Assembly (NCBI GenBank): GCA_965262615.1
Contig: OZ253545.1
Coordinates: forward strand, 320,001-384,000
DNA: 64,000 bases
Source: Alphaproteobacteria bacterium
GTDB lineage: Bacteria > Pseudomonadota > Alphaproteobacteria > GM7ARS4 > G965262615
Direction: 5' to 3'
Shown here piece by piece: positions 46,770-55,836 of this stretch. Numbering within the stretch: the first letter of the stretch is position 1; the number at the start of each line of letters is the position of its first letter. A program made the translations under genes and the position numbers. The notes below the pieces were generated by a model that did no database searches, was not told where the DNA came from, and worked only from the letters and a program-made list of their open reading frames with translations.

Positions 46770-47996
46770 CTATTTTTTCTTTTTCTTATGAAGCACCCGC
46801 AGGGTGTCCTCATAGATGGATTTTGGCAGACGGCGCGTGGGCTCAATGCGGCTGAGCAGCGGCATGATGATGAGGAAAAAGGCAAAATGATAAATGGTCG
46901 CATAACGGGCGATGGTGATGTAATACCCCTCAGGAGGATGCGCGCCACACCAGCCCAACAGAGTCATATTGATGACAAAAAGAAAAAAGAATTGTTTATA
47001 GAGAGGACGAAAGCGTCCGCTACGCACGGGGTGGCGATCCAGCCAAGGCACAAGGAATAAAATCAGCACGGAAGAAAACATGACAATCACGCCCAGCAGT
47101 TTGTCGGGCACGGCGCGGAGCATGGCATAATAGGGCAGGAAGTACCATTCAGGCACAATATGTTCGGGCGTCACGAGAGGATTGGCGGGCAGATTGTTTT
47201 CAGGCTCGCTAAAGAAATCAGGCGCAAAGAACACCACCGACAAATAAACCAGCAAAAACAAAGCGAAAAAAGCCAGATCCTTGATGGTGTAATAGGGGTG
47301 AAAGGGAATGACATCTTCTTTTTTCGTGACATCAATGCCCAAAGGATTGTTGGATTTGACTTTGTGCAACGCCCACAGATGCAGGAAAGCCACCCCCACA
47401 ATGACAAAAGGCAGGAGGAAATGGAATACAAAAAAGCGCGTGAGGGTGGGATTATCCACGCTATAGCCGCCCCAGAGCCAATGGACGATACTTTCTCCCA
47501 CAACGGGGATGGCGGAGAAAAGGTTGGTGATGACAGTCGCTCCCCAATAGCTCATTTGTCCCCACGGCAGGACATAACCGAGAAAGGCGGTCATCATGAG
47601 CAAAATGAGCAAAATAACACCAAGAATCCAGAGCACTTCACGCGGGCTCTTGTAAGAACCATAATAAAGCCCCCGCAACATGTGAATATAGACGATGATA
47701 AAGAAGAATGACGCGCCATTCATGTGAAGACTGCGCATGAGCCATCCATAATTCACATCGCGCATGATATGTTGCACACTGGCGAATGCGAGGTTGATAT
47801 CGGGGGTGTAGTGAATGGCAAGAAATAACCCCGTGAGAATCATGATGATGAGCAGGATTCCTGCGAGAGAGCCAAAGTTCCACAGGAAGGAGAGATTGCG
47901 CGGCGTTGGATACTCAACAAGATGTTGGCGCACGAATGTGACGACAGGCAGGCGGGCATCCAACCACCTCAGGGCGTTTTTGATGGATGATTTCAT
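46770..47996 (-). CDS. petB: Cytochrome b
   Basis: [30 protein letters not shown]. Confidence 0.99.
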   Translation of the reverse strand: MKSSIKNALRWLDARLPVVTFVRQHLVEYPTPRNLSFLWNFGSLAGILLIIMILTGLFLAIHYTPDINLAFASVQHIMRDVNYGWLMRSLHMNGASFFFIIVYIHMLRGLYYGSYKSPREVLWILGVILLILLMMTAFLGYVLPWGQMSYWGATVITNLFSAIPVVGESIVHWLWGGYSVDNPTLTRFFVFHFLLPFVIVGVAFLHLWALHKVKSNNPLGIDVTKKEDVIPFHPYYTIKDLAFFALFLLVYLSVVFFAPDFFSEPENNLPANPLVTPEHIVPEWYFLPYYAMLRAVPDKLLGVIVMFSSVLILFLVPWLDRHPVRSGRFRPLYKQFFFLFVINMTLLGWCGAHPPEGYYITIARYATIYHFAFFLIIMPLLSRIEPTRRLPKSIYEDTLRVLHKKKKK

Positions 47997-48553
47997 GTTG
48001 TTTTCTTGGATTTTTTCTTGGCGTTGCCACCGAGGCGGATGGTATTGTCATCCACGAATTGATAGGGCGGCACTTCAAGATTGTAAGGTGCGGGACCTTG
48101 GCGAATTCTGCCTGATGTATCGTATTGCGAGCCATGACAGGCACAAAACCATCCATCCCACTTGCCGCGTGGATCGGAGGGCTTGTTGCCCAGAGGAACA
48201 CATCCCAGATGGGAACACACACCCACCACCACCAGCCATTTGGATTTCTCCACCCGTTGGTCATCTTTTTGCGGGTCGGGCAGTGTGTCAAGATTGACAT
48301 TGCGCGCCGCGGCGACCTCAGCCGAGGTGCGATGGCGAATAAAGACAGGCTTGCCGCGCCAGCGCACCGTGATGGCTTGTCCTCGAGGAATTTGTGATAA
48401 ATCAACTTCCAAATCGGCACTGCCACGCACATTGCGCGCAGGATTCATGCTATCAATAAAGGGCCAGCTGGCAATCGCCGCACCGCCACCGGCAACAGTA
48501 CCTGTGGCAAGATGGAGAAAGTCGCGGCGACTTCGTTTTTTCGAATCCGTCAT
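47993..48553 (-). CDS. petA: Ubiquinol-cytochrome c reductase Rieske subunit
   Basis: RRDFL Tat motif, CSHLGC, CACHGS, GPAP. Confidence 0.98.
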   Translation of the reverse strand: MTDSKKRSRRDFLHLATGTVAGGGAAIASWPFIDSMNPARNVRGSADLEVDLSQIPRGQAITVRWRGKPVFIRHRTSAEVAAARNVNLDTLPDPQKDDQRVEKSKWLVVVGVCSHLGCVPLGNKPSDPRGKWDGWFCACHGSQYDTSGRIRQGPAPYNLEVPPYQFVDDNTIRLGGNAKKKSKKTT

Positions 48554-48621
48554 GAGTAACACAAGACAAACAAAGAGACATCTGTCAAGACATCCTTTAT
48601 AAGAGTGACGAGACAATAGCA

Positions 48622-49557
48622 ATGGTGACACAAAAAAAACAAAAAAAATATTTGCTTCCCAAAGGTGATGCTCCCGCTTTGACGCGGCAGGAGACACAGG
48701 CACAAGCAAGGCGGTGGTTTGGTCAATTGCGGGATCAATTGTGTCATGAGTGGCAGCAGCTGGAACAGCAGGGGGTTGCGGCGAGGCATGGCGGCATGAC
48801 GAAAGCGGGCAGATTTGAAAAAACGCAGTGGCAAAGACAGGGCACAGGGGAATCTCAAGAACAAGGAGGCGGGGAGGCGGCTCTCATGCGCGGCGGCGTG
48901 TTTGAAAAAGTGGGGGTCAATATATCGGAAGTCTATGGCGATTTATCTTCGGCATTGCGAGGAGAAGTGGCGGGAGCACAGGAAAATCCAGAATTTTGGG
49001 CGGCGGGAATCTCGGTGGTGGCGCATATGCGTTCGCCTCATATGCCGGCGTTTCATATGAACACCCGCTATATCATCACGCAGCAAGAGTGGTTTGGCGG
49101 CGGCATTGACATGACACCCATGCTGATTGACCAAAGCGAAGAAAAAAAAATCTTTCACGATGAGCTCAAGCAGCTGTGTCATCCTTTTGGCGAAGAAGTG
49201 TATGATGATTTATCCGCATGGTGCGATGAATATTTTTATCTGCCCCACCGAGAGGAAACGCGCGGTGTGGGGGGGATTTTTTATGACCATTTGCTCAACG
49301 ATGATGACCATCGCCGCGCTCGCCATTGGCAATGGACTCAAGAGGTGGGACGGACATTCGCGCGCATTGTGCCGATGATGGTGCAGCGTCACATGGGACG
49401 AGAGTGGAGTGAGGCGGAGCGGCAGCAGCAGTGTCACAAGCGAGGACGCTATGTTGAGTTCAATTTACTCTATGATCGCGGCACTCGGTTTGGCTTGGCG
49501 ACCGGAGGGTCGGTGGAAGCTATTTTGATGTCTCTGCCGCCAGAGGTTCAGTGGTGA
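48622..49557 (+). CDS. hemF: Oxygen-dependent coproporphyrinogen III oxidase
   Basis: FEKVGVN, WFGGG.D.TP, RGVGGIFYD, RGRYVEFNLLYDRGT. Confidence 0.98.
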   Translation: MVTQKKQKKYLLPKGDAPALTRQETQAQARRWFGQLRDQLCHEWQQLEQQGVAARHGGMTKAGRFEKTQWQRQGTGESQEQGGGEAALMRGGVFEKVGVNISEVYGDLSSALRGEVAGAQENPEFWAAGISVVAHMRSPHMPAFHMNTRYIITQQEWFGGGIDMTPMLIDQSEEKKIFHDELKQLCHPFGEEVYDDLSAWCDEYFYLPHREETRGVGGIFYDHLLNDDDHRRARHWQWTQEVGRTFARIVPMMVQRHMGREWSEAERQQQCHKRGRYVEFNLLYDRGTRFGLATGGSVEAILMSLPPEVQW

Positions 49558-49909
49558 TGATGGAAACGGCGTGTGCAAGACATTCCTCTTTGGAGGGACG
49601 GCAGCTGTGACGCAACCACCAATTCTCCAGCTGGCGATGCAGAACGCCGAACGCCTTGCCAGAAGGAGCATGAGGCAGCTTTTGAATATCATCGCCGTTC
49701 ACGGGAAAAGCGGGAGGGGTATAGCCAGAAAGACCTTTGAGCCAACGGGCGATGTGACGAGCACTGATATTGTGGCGCGCGCCGTGGGTCAGCAGAAGAC
49801 TTTGCGTGAGAGGAATGCCTTTGTGATGGGCAAGACGACGCACATCATAGGCAGTGACAGTGACGCGCGATGCCTCATCCCGTGTGCTACTGTGTGTCTT
49901 GGTGTCCAT
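49520..49909 (-). CDS. C-terminal (tail) part of CCA tRNA nucleotidyltransferase as a separate ORF
   Basis: PAFPVNGDDI...G..FG...QLENWW resembles the tail of alphaproteobacterial CCA enzymes; AGAGGA upstream of the ATG. Confidence 0.65.
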   Translation of the reverse strand: MDTKTHSSTRDEASRVTVTAYDVRRLAHHKGIPLTQSLLLTHGARHNISARHIARWLKGLSGYTPPAFPVNGDDIQKLPHAPSGKAFGVLHRQLENWWLRHSCRPSKEECLAHAVSIITTEPLAAETSK

Positions 49910-49955
49910 AACATCCTCTTCTTGTCGTGGTTATTGATACCCTATTGGTAGTGCC

Positions 49956-50987
49956 TCATCGGTTTTCTGTCAATGTTGTTTTCATCAGAATTTCAAGCCA
50001 CTTGCGAGTTTTTTTATCCAAGCGAAAGCGATTGTGCACGGCAGGCAGGCAATTGACATCGTGAATGAGCAAGGCAAACCGTGATAGCAACACGATATCA
50101 TCATGAGTCATGTGTCGCTTGAGGTCACGAATGGTTTTTGGTGCATGAATCAATTGCAGTGATTGCAAAATGCCGTTTTGACTCATGAGATTATAATAAT
50201 CCATGTGTTGCTCGAGGTCACGAATGGTTTTTGGCGCGTGAATCAATTCCAATGATTGCAAAATGTCGTTTTCACTCATGAGCTCAAGAGCCGCCAGAGG
50301 TTTTGGCAGAGCAAGGATTTGTTTGAACTCACGCCAGAGACGCTCGCCAGAGACTTTTTTCAGTCCCACGCGCGCCTCACGCAAAACCGAGAGCAATTCA
50401 GGCTCAGGCGGCTCGCATTGATGAAAGGCATGAAAGCGAAAAAAACGCAGCAGACGCAAATAATCCTCTTTGAGGCGTTTCATGGGGTCACCGATAAAGC
50501 GCACGATGCCTTTTTGCAAATCATCAATGCCGCGCTGGCTGGGGTCATACACATCACCTTTCAGATTGGCATACAGGGCATTGAAGGTGAAGTCACGCCG
50601 TTGCCAATCGTCATTCCAGTCACGACTATAGGTGACGGTGGCGTGTCGTCCATCGGTCTCAATGTCTTTACGCAAGGTGGTGATTTCAAAGGCATGGTTT
50701 TCATGAATCGCGGTGATGGTGCCGTGCTCAATGCCAGTGGGAAGGCTTTTGATGTTATGACGCTTCAGCAGAGCCATCACCTCTTGGGGTTCGTGGGTGG
50801 TGGCAAGATCAATGTCGGCAAGAGGCTCGTTTTTAAGCAGATGGCGCACCGCACCCCCCACAATGAGACACGCCTCTTGCTTGTCATTGAGAAGCCTCAT
50901 GATGGTGGCGACAGGATGATGGGTCAGAGGAATGTGTGACGGTGCGATGGAATGCGCCCGCCAAGGAATCAAACGAGATGACATCAT
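49956..50987 (-). CDS. cca: CCA tRNA nucleotidyltransferase, catalytic N-terminal part
   Basis: VGGAVR, DIDLAT, EITTLR.D, RRDFTFNAL, EDYLRLLRFFRF, SGER. Confidence 0.93.
   Translation of the reverse strand: MMSSRLIPWRAHSIAPSHIPLTHHPVATIMRLLNDKQEACLIVGGAVRHLLKNEPLADIDLATTHEPQEVMALLKRHNIKSLPTGIEHGTITAIHENHAFEITTLRKDIETDGRHATVTYSRDWNDDWQRRDFTFNALYANLKGDVYDPSQRGIDDLQKGIVRFIGDPMKRLKEDYLRLLRFFRFHAFHQCEPPEPELLSVLREARVGLKKVSGERLWREFKQILALPKPLAALELMSENDILQSLELIHAPKTIRDLEQHMDYYNLMSQNGILQSLQLIHAPKTIRDLKRHMTHDDIVLLSRFALLIHDVNCLPAVHNRFRLDKKTRKWLEILMKTTLTENR
50109..50282. repeat. In-frame tandem duplication with 93-bp period inside cca
   Basis: LMSENDILQSLELIHAPKTIRDLEQHM / LMSQNGILQSLQLIHAPKTIRDLKRHM; copies start at 50109 and 50202. 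Confidence 0.95.
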
Positions 50988-51826
50988 GATGCCCGCCCAC
51001 GATAAGGACTGGCAGGATAACAGCCGATGATTCTAATGGAATCGGCATAAGGCTTCATATCGGCAAGGGCTTTTTGAAAGGCGGGGTCATCTTTATGAGT
51101 CTCCATGTCCAGATAGAAGGCGGCTTGGTGAAATGTTTGATCCTTGACCATGCCCTCAAGGCGAGTGAGGTTGATGCGCTCGCGCGCGAGTCCTCCCAGT
51201 GCATTGTATAAAGCGGCGGGTTCATTATTGGTATGAAACACCAGACTGGTGATGACATGAGACTCGGAGAGCGAGGGGATTTCTTGATTGACCGATAGGA
51301 TGAGAAAGCGCGTGACATTGATGGCGGTGTCTTGAATGTCTTTTTTCAGCACATTAAGACGATGGATGGCGGCAGCCTCATGGGATGCAATGGCGGCGAT
51401 ATGGGTCTGATGCCCTTGTGCCACCTCGCGCGCCGCGACCGCGGTATCGGCTGTGGGAATGGGTGTCAGTTTGTGCTTTTGCAAGAATGAGCGACACTGT
51501 GCCAATGCCTGCATATGACTGGCAACATGGGTGATGGCATCAAAGGGAGTGTCTTTTTGGCTCAGCAGATGGTGGTGAATGGGATGAAAATGCTCGCCAA
51601 CGGCATGCAGCTGTGCATGGGCAAGAATTTGATGAATTTCCGCCACCCGTCCAGCGATGGAATTTTCCACAGGAATGAGCGCGTAAGTGGCATCTTGGTG
51701 GCTGGCGGCGGCGAACACATCCTCAAAGGAGGCATAGCCTTGTGCGTTGCCATCGGGAAAGCACTGCAGGCAAGCCGAGTGAGAATACGCTCCTTCTTCG
51801 CCTTGATAGGCAACCGTGAGACTCAT
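50984..51826 (-). CDS. pheA: Prephenate dehydratase
   Basis: AYQGEEGAYS, PVENSIAGRV, SHMQALAQC, NVTRF. Confidence 0.96.
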   Translation of the reverse strand: MSLTVAYQGEEGAYSHSACLQCFPDGNAQGYASFEDVFAAASHQDATYALIPVENSIAGRVAEIHQILAHAQLHAVGEHFHPIHHHLLSQKDTPFDAITHVASHMQALAQCRSFLQKHKLTPIPTADTAVAAREVAQGHQTHIAAIASHEAAAIHRLNVLKKDIQDTAINVTRFLILSVNQEIPSLSESHVITSLVFHTNNEPAALYNALGGLARERINLTRLEGMVKDQTFHQAAFYLDMETHKDDPAFQKALADMKPYADSIRIIGCYPASPYRGRAS

Positions 51827-52575
51827 GATGTTTTCTCCAACGAGGCGACATCCTCGGGCGTGTCAATGCTGTGAGGAATGACATCGGTTTTGAGGGCATG
51901 GATGGCAATGCCATGCTCCAGTGCACGCAATTGCTCAAGGGATTCGGACTTCTCAAGGGGACAGGGAGGAAGCTGTGTCAGTTTAAGAAGTGTCGCGCGC
52001 GCAAAACCATAAATGCCGATATGATGATAATACGCACCGTCCGATGCAGGGACAGCTTGACGGGAAAAATACACAGCTCGTCCCCAATCATCATTGTGCC
52101 ATGACACCGCCGCTTTGACAATTTGACTTTTGCCAATGTCAATTTCACGGGTGATAGGGCTCACAAGAGTGACCATCGGTGCGTGCGTCTGAATGAGATG
52201 ATGATGCACACGCCGAATATCGGCGATGGATGGAAAGGGGATGTCGCCCTGCAGATTGATGATGTATTGCACATTTTTGGCGGAGTCTTTTTGTTGCAAG
52301 GCGTGAGCAATGCGATCGCTGCCACTGGGCAGTGTGGATGGCGTCATGATGACTTCCGCACCTTCCTGCTGGCTGGCGGCTTTGATGTCTTGATGGTCGG
52401 TGGCGACAATCACCTTGCCGATGGTGCATGCGCGCGCCGCTCGCACCACATGGGCGATGAGCGGCGCACCATCAATAGAGACAAGGGCTTTGCGCGGCAA
52501 GCGGGTGCTTGCCATGCGTGCGGGAATCATAATCCAGCTTCCGCCACCAGTCACTTGCCTGCCACCATGAGACAA
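51823..52575 (-). CDS. kdsB: 3-deoxy-manno-octulosonate cytidylyltransferase
   Basis: IPARMASTRLPRK, SGSDR, NLQGD, HIGIY, LEQLRALE, DTPED. Confidence 0.97.
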   Translation of the reverse strand: MSHGGRQVTGGGSWIMIPARMASTRLPRKALVSIDGAPLIAHVVRAARACTIGKVIVATDHQDIKAASQQEGAEVIMTPSTLPSGSDRIAHALQQKDSAKNVQYIINLQGDIPFPSIADIRRVHHHLIQTHAPMVTLVSPITREIDIGKSQIVKAAVSWHNDDWGRAVYFSRQAVPASDGAYYHHIGIYGFARATLLKLTQLPPCPLEKSESLEQLRALEHGIAIHALKTDVIPHSIDTPEDVASLEKTS

Positions 52576-53882
52576 TCGGTGCGCAGTGAGGGGGCATCAA
52601 TGCCACTTTTGAATTCCAGGTCATCGGCGGCGCGCATGGACGCAAACACATCGCGCAGATTACCCGCCAGAGTCACCTCACCCACCGCATGACTCCAATC
52701 ACCGTTTTCAATCAAGAAGCCCGATGCGCCGCGCGAATAATCACCATTTTCCAGATTGAGCGATGACCCCAACAGCTCGGTGACATAAAATCCGCGCGCA
52801 ACATCCGCCATCAATTGCTGCGGTGAGCAATCCCCTTTGGCAAGATACATATTGCTGGCATTGGGCGCGGGATGCTCACTGACTTTGCGCGCCGCATGAG
52901 CCGTGGAGGGCAATTGCAACAGGTGTCCATTGCGAATGTCCAAAAAACGCCCCTTGAGAATGCCGTCTCCGACGATGGTGGTGCGCGCACCCGCCAAGCC
53001 CTCGCTGTCAAAGGGACGAGAGCGATGACCGCGCGCACGATGAGGGTCATCAATGATGGTGATGGAGGAATCCATGATTTTTTCGTCAAAGCGAGAACAC
53101 AAAAAACTGGTTTGCCGCACAAGACGCTCCCCCGACAGAGCATCAATCAGATGACGCAGCAACGAGGATGCCACACGGGGTGCAAAAATCACGGGCATGG
53201 CTTCAGAGGCTATTTTTTTTGCGTTCAAGCGATTGACCGTTCGCTGTGCGGTCTCTCTGCCCAATGATTCCAAGTCTCCCATGTTTTCCCAGTGGGTGAC
53301 ATGCTTGAATTCGTAGTCGCGCTCCATGGTGTCATCACTGCCGGCGATGACCGACAGGGCGATGGAGTGGTCGGTTTTGTCGTAATGACCGTGAAATCCC
53401 TCGCTGGTGGCAAGAGTCAAACGCTGACGCTCAAACCCACACGCCGAGCCTTCGGAATTGGTGATGTCTTTGTGGGCGCGCGCGGCTTGTTCCAGTTCAC
53501 GCGCTCTTGCGATGAGGTCTTTTTCTTGCGGCGTTGTGTCATCGTGCAAGTCAAGAGGCATGATGGTTGCCGCGTATTCTTTTGTTGATGCCAGACGGCT
53601 GGCTTCATCTTCGGGGGTTTTTTGGGCGAGTGAGACGGCGCGGTCGCATAAATCGGCAAGAGCGGTGGCATCCAAAATTTGACTGGAAAGCAGAGCTTTG
53701 CTTTTGCCCACCCACACCCGCAGAGCCAGCTGATGGTTCTCGCTGTATTCCAGCGATTCAATCTCATCCAGGCGCACGCACGCTTGATGATGGGTGCGAT
53801 GACTCAGCAACACCTCGCTATGGGTCGCCCCTGCGTCACTTGCCCATCCCAGCATCTTGCTTATGAGGTTTTTGTCGTCCAT
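52551..53882 (-). CDS. pmbA: TldD/PmbA-family protein (PmbA/TldE)
   Basis: MERDY, SRPFDSEG, GDYSRGASGF, AGNL. Confidence 0.92.
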   Translation of the reverse strand: MDDKNLISKMLGWASDAGATHSEVLLSHRTHHQACVRLDEIESLEYSENHQLALRVWVGKSKALLSSQILDATALADLCDRAVSLAQKTPEDEASRLASTKEYAATIMPLDLHDDTTPQEKDLIARARELEQAARAHKDITNSEGSACGFERQRLTLATSEGFHGHYDKTDHSIALSVIAGSDDTMERDYEFKHVTHWENMGDLESLGRETAQRTVNRLNAKKIASEAMPVIFAPRVASSLLRHLIDALSGERLVRQTSFLCSRFDEKIMDSSITIIDDPHRARGHRSRPFDSEGLAGARTTIVGDGILKGRFLDIRNGHLLQLPSTAHAARKVSEHPAPNASNMYLAKGDCSPQQLMADVARGFYVTELLGSSLNLENGDYSRGASGFLIENGDWSHAVGEVTLAGNLRDVFASMRAADDLEFKSGIDAPSLRTDCLMVAGK

Positions 53883-53888
53883 GATAGT

Positions 53889-55082
53889 ATGAATATGAAA
53901 AGAATAGTCATTGCACAAGGGGGCGGGCCCACGGTTGTGATCAATCAGACGCTGGTGGGGGTGATTGAACAAGCACAAAAAATGGGCGTGAGCGATATTT
54001 GGGGCGCGCATGGCGGCGTGCGCGGCATGGCGGAGGGGCAATTTTTCAATATGTCTTCGTTATCGCCAGAACACTTGCAAGCGGTTGCCATGACACCATC
54101 GGCGGCACTGGCTTCCACCAGAGACAAACCCGATGACACCTATTGTGCCGTTGTGTGCAAGGTGTTGTCATCGCATGGTATTGACGGTGTGTTCTATATT
54201 GGCGGCAATGACACCAGTGCCACACTGATGCAATTGAGTGCATTCAGCCAGCAGCATAAAGGACACCCATTGCGAGCGGTGCATGTTCCCAAGACCATTG
54301 ATAATGATTTGGTGTGCAATGACCATGTGCCGGGGTATGGCTCGGCGGCGCGTTATGTGGCACTGGCGGTGCGCGGGCTTGATTTTGACCAACGGGCATT
54401 GGCGGGAATTCATCTGGTGGTGGTGATGGGTCGCCATGCGGGATTTCTCACCGCCGCCGCCGCCGCCCTGCGCCGTGATGAAGCCGATGGCCCTCATATC
54501 ATCTGTCTGCCTGAGGATGAGTTTGATGAGGATTCCTTTCTTGCCGCCATTGAGGATTGCTACACCAAATATGGACGCTGTTTGATTGCCGTGAGCGAGG
54601 GAATCAAGGGAAGCGATGGCAAACCCATTGTGACGCAATTGACGCGTGATGAGACGGATGCTCATGGCAATGTGCAGCTGTCTGGCAGTGGAGCGTTGGG
54701 GGATGCCTTGGCAGCGCGCATCAAAAAAGCCATGCCAAATGCGCGTGTGCGCTCCGATACATTGGGCTACATGCAGCGATGTTTTCCCGCCGTTGTCTCG
54801 GACACAGATGCCACAGAGGCGCGCGAGGCGGGACGCAAAGCCGTTGAGTTTGCCCTGCAGCAGCAAAAAGATGGCTCGGTGACCCTCAATCGCAATGAGG
54901 CGGGTGAGACCGTGTATGGCTATGAGAATCTCCAAGCCATCGGCGGCAAGACGCGCTATTTGCCCAATGAGTTCTGGCACAAAGGAAAATGGAATTTGAC
55001 TCCTGCTTTTGTCCAATGGGTCAAGCCGCTCTTGGGAAGTGATTTGCCCGTTTTGACTTCGCTGCAAGCGAAAAAAATCTAA
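53889..55082 (+). CDS. pfp: Pyrophosphate-dependent 6-phosphofructokinase
   Basis: QGGGPT, IGGNDT, PKTIDND, MGRHAG; the GGND plus K signature indicates the PPi type. Confidence 0.88.
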   Translation: MNMKRIVIAQGGGPTVVINQTLVGVIEQAQKMGVSDIWGAHGGVRGMAEGQFFNMSSLSPEHLQAVAMTPSAALASTRDKPDDTYCAVVCKVLSSHGIDGVFYIGGNDTSATLMQLSAFSQQHKGHPLRAVHVPKTIDNDLVCNDHVPGYGSAARYVALAVRGLDFDQRALAGIHLVVVMGRHAGFLTAAAAALRRDEADGPHIICLPEDEFDEDSFLAAIEDCYTKYGRCLIAVSEGIKGSDGKPIVTQLTRDETDAHGNVQLSGSGALGDALAARIKKAMPNARVRSDTLGYMQRCFPAVVSDTDATEAREAGRKAVEFALQQQKDGSVTLNRNEAGETVYGYENLQAIGGKTRYLPNEFWHKGKWNLTPAFVQWVKPLLGSDLPVLTSLQAKKI

Positions 55083-55268
55083 AGAAACGAAATATTTTCA
55101 TCTGTATGCCATTGAATTGATGTCAATGACGCAATAATTCACCTTTGTTGGTCACTCAAAACATGATACACTTTATGTAATTCTGTGTGGCACAGAGCGG
55201 AGCAATACGCTTTCCCTGCTTCACAAGAAAGGGAGGCAAGGAATTGAGCGTTGTTTATAGTGGGTGAG

Positions 55269-55352
55269 TGCGGGCGGTCGGACTCGAACCGACACGGAAG
55301 CAATTCCACTATTATGACAAAATAGCGCGTCTACCAATTTCGCCACGCCCGC
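55269..55352 (-). tRNA. Class II tRNA with tRNA-Leu body and GTC (Asp) anticodon; CCA not encoded
   Basis: GCGGGCG TG GCG AAATTGGTAGA CGC G CTATT TT-GTC-AT AATAG T GGAA TTGC TTCC GT GTCGG TTCGAGT CCGAC CGCCCGC A; all stems pair. Confidence 0.93.
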
Positions 55353-55398
55353 AAATTCCGATGTCTGCGCCCGTGTATTGCTCAATGACAATCGGTCG

Positions 55399-55430
55399 GG
55401 GGGTCTGCTTTGCAGACCCCCTGCTTTTTA
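55399..55430 (+). terminator. Intrinsic terminator-like hairpin (+ strand)
   Basis: GGGGGTCTGC-TTT-GCAGACCCCC followed by TGCTTTTTA. Confidence 0.6.
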
Positions 55431-55458
55431 TCAACATGACAAAAGAATATATGATTAT

Positions 55459-55836
55459 TCAATCGGCGAAATAACGAGTGATGCCGTTATCTTCTTCTAC
55501 TCTTAATGATTTTGTCGTGAGCTGATCCTCGAAACTTTCCATTTCTGCAGTTTTGTTTTCCTCACGAGGCAATTTCATCTTAAAGGGAAATGTCTTGAGC
55601 TCGTATCCATGATTTTGAATGAGGTCAAGGTGTTCCATGCTTTGTCCCCAGCCACTCTGTCTTCTCCCGTCGTTAAATTCCCAACGACTATCCAATATAA
55701 CACCCACTTCAGTTTGAGGGTCATTTTGCCACTCGCCAAAAATGACAAATTTTTCGTCATGATTGACATACGACCAGCTCCACCGCCAGTTGTCGCAGGT
55801 TGCACCATTGCTTTCTATGAATTGTTTTAGGCTCAT
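55459..55836 (-). CDS. Hypothetical Trp-rich protein resembling the N-terminal domain of some McrA-like HNH nucleases, without an HNH domain
   Basis: KQFIESNGATCDNWRWSWSYVNHDEKFVIFGEW; ATGA overlap with the hom stop; AT-richer than neighbours; family link from recall. Confidence 0.7.
   Translation of the reverse strand: MSLKQFIESNGATCDNWRWSWSYVNHDEKFVIFGEWQNDPQTEVGVILDSRWEFNDGRRQSGWGQSMEHLDLIQNHGYELKTFPFKMKLPREENKTAEMESFEDQLTTKSLRVEEDNGITRYFAD

Noticed and set aside
55269-55352. Ordinary tRNA-Asp, or evidence of genome-wide Asp->Leu recoding
   Set aside because: The body has a long variable arm, A73 and a Leu D-loop, unlike tRNA-Asp. Catalytic Asp motifs across the window are still encoded by GAY, and I saw no Asp at conserved Leu sites.
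55268-55474. 68-aa ORF (MRAVGLEPTR...)
   Set aside because: Translation of the tRNA antisense strand, a typical shadow ORF.
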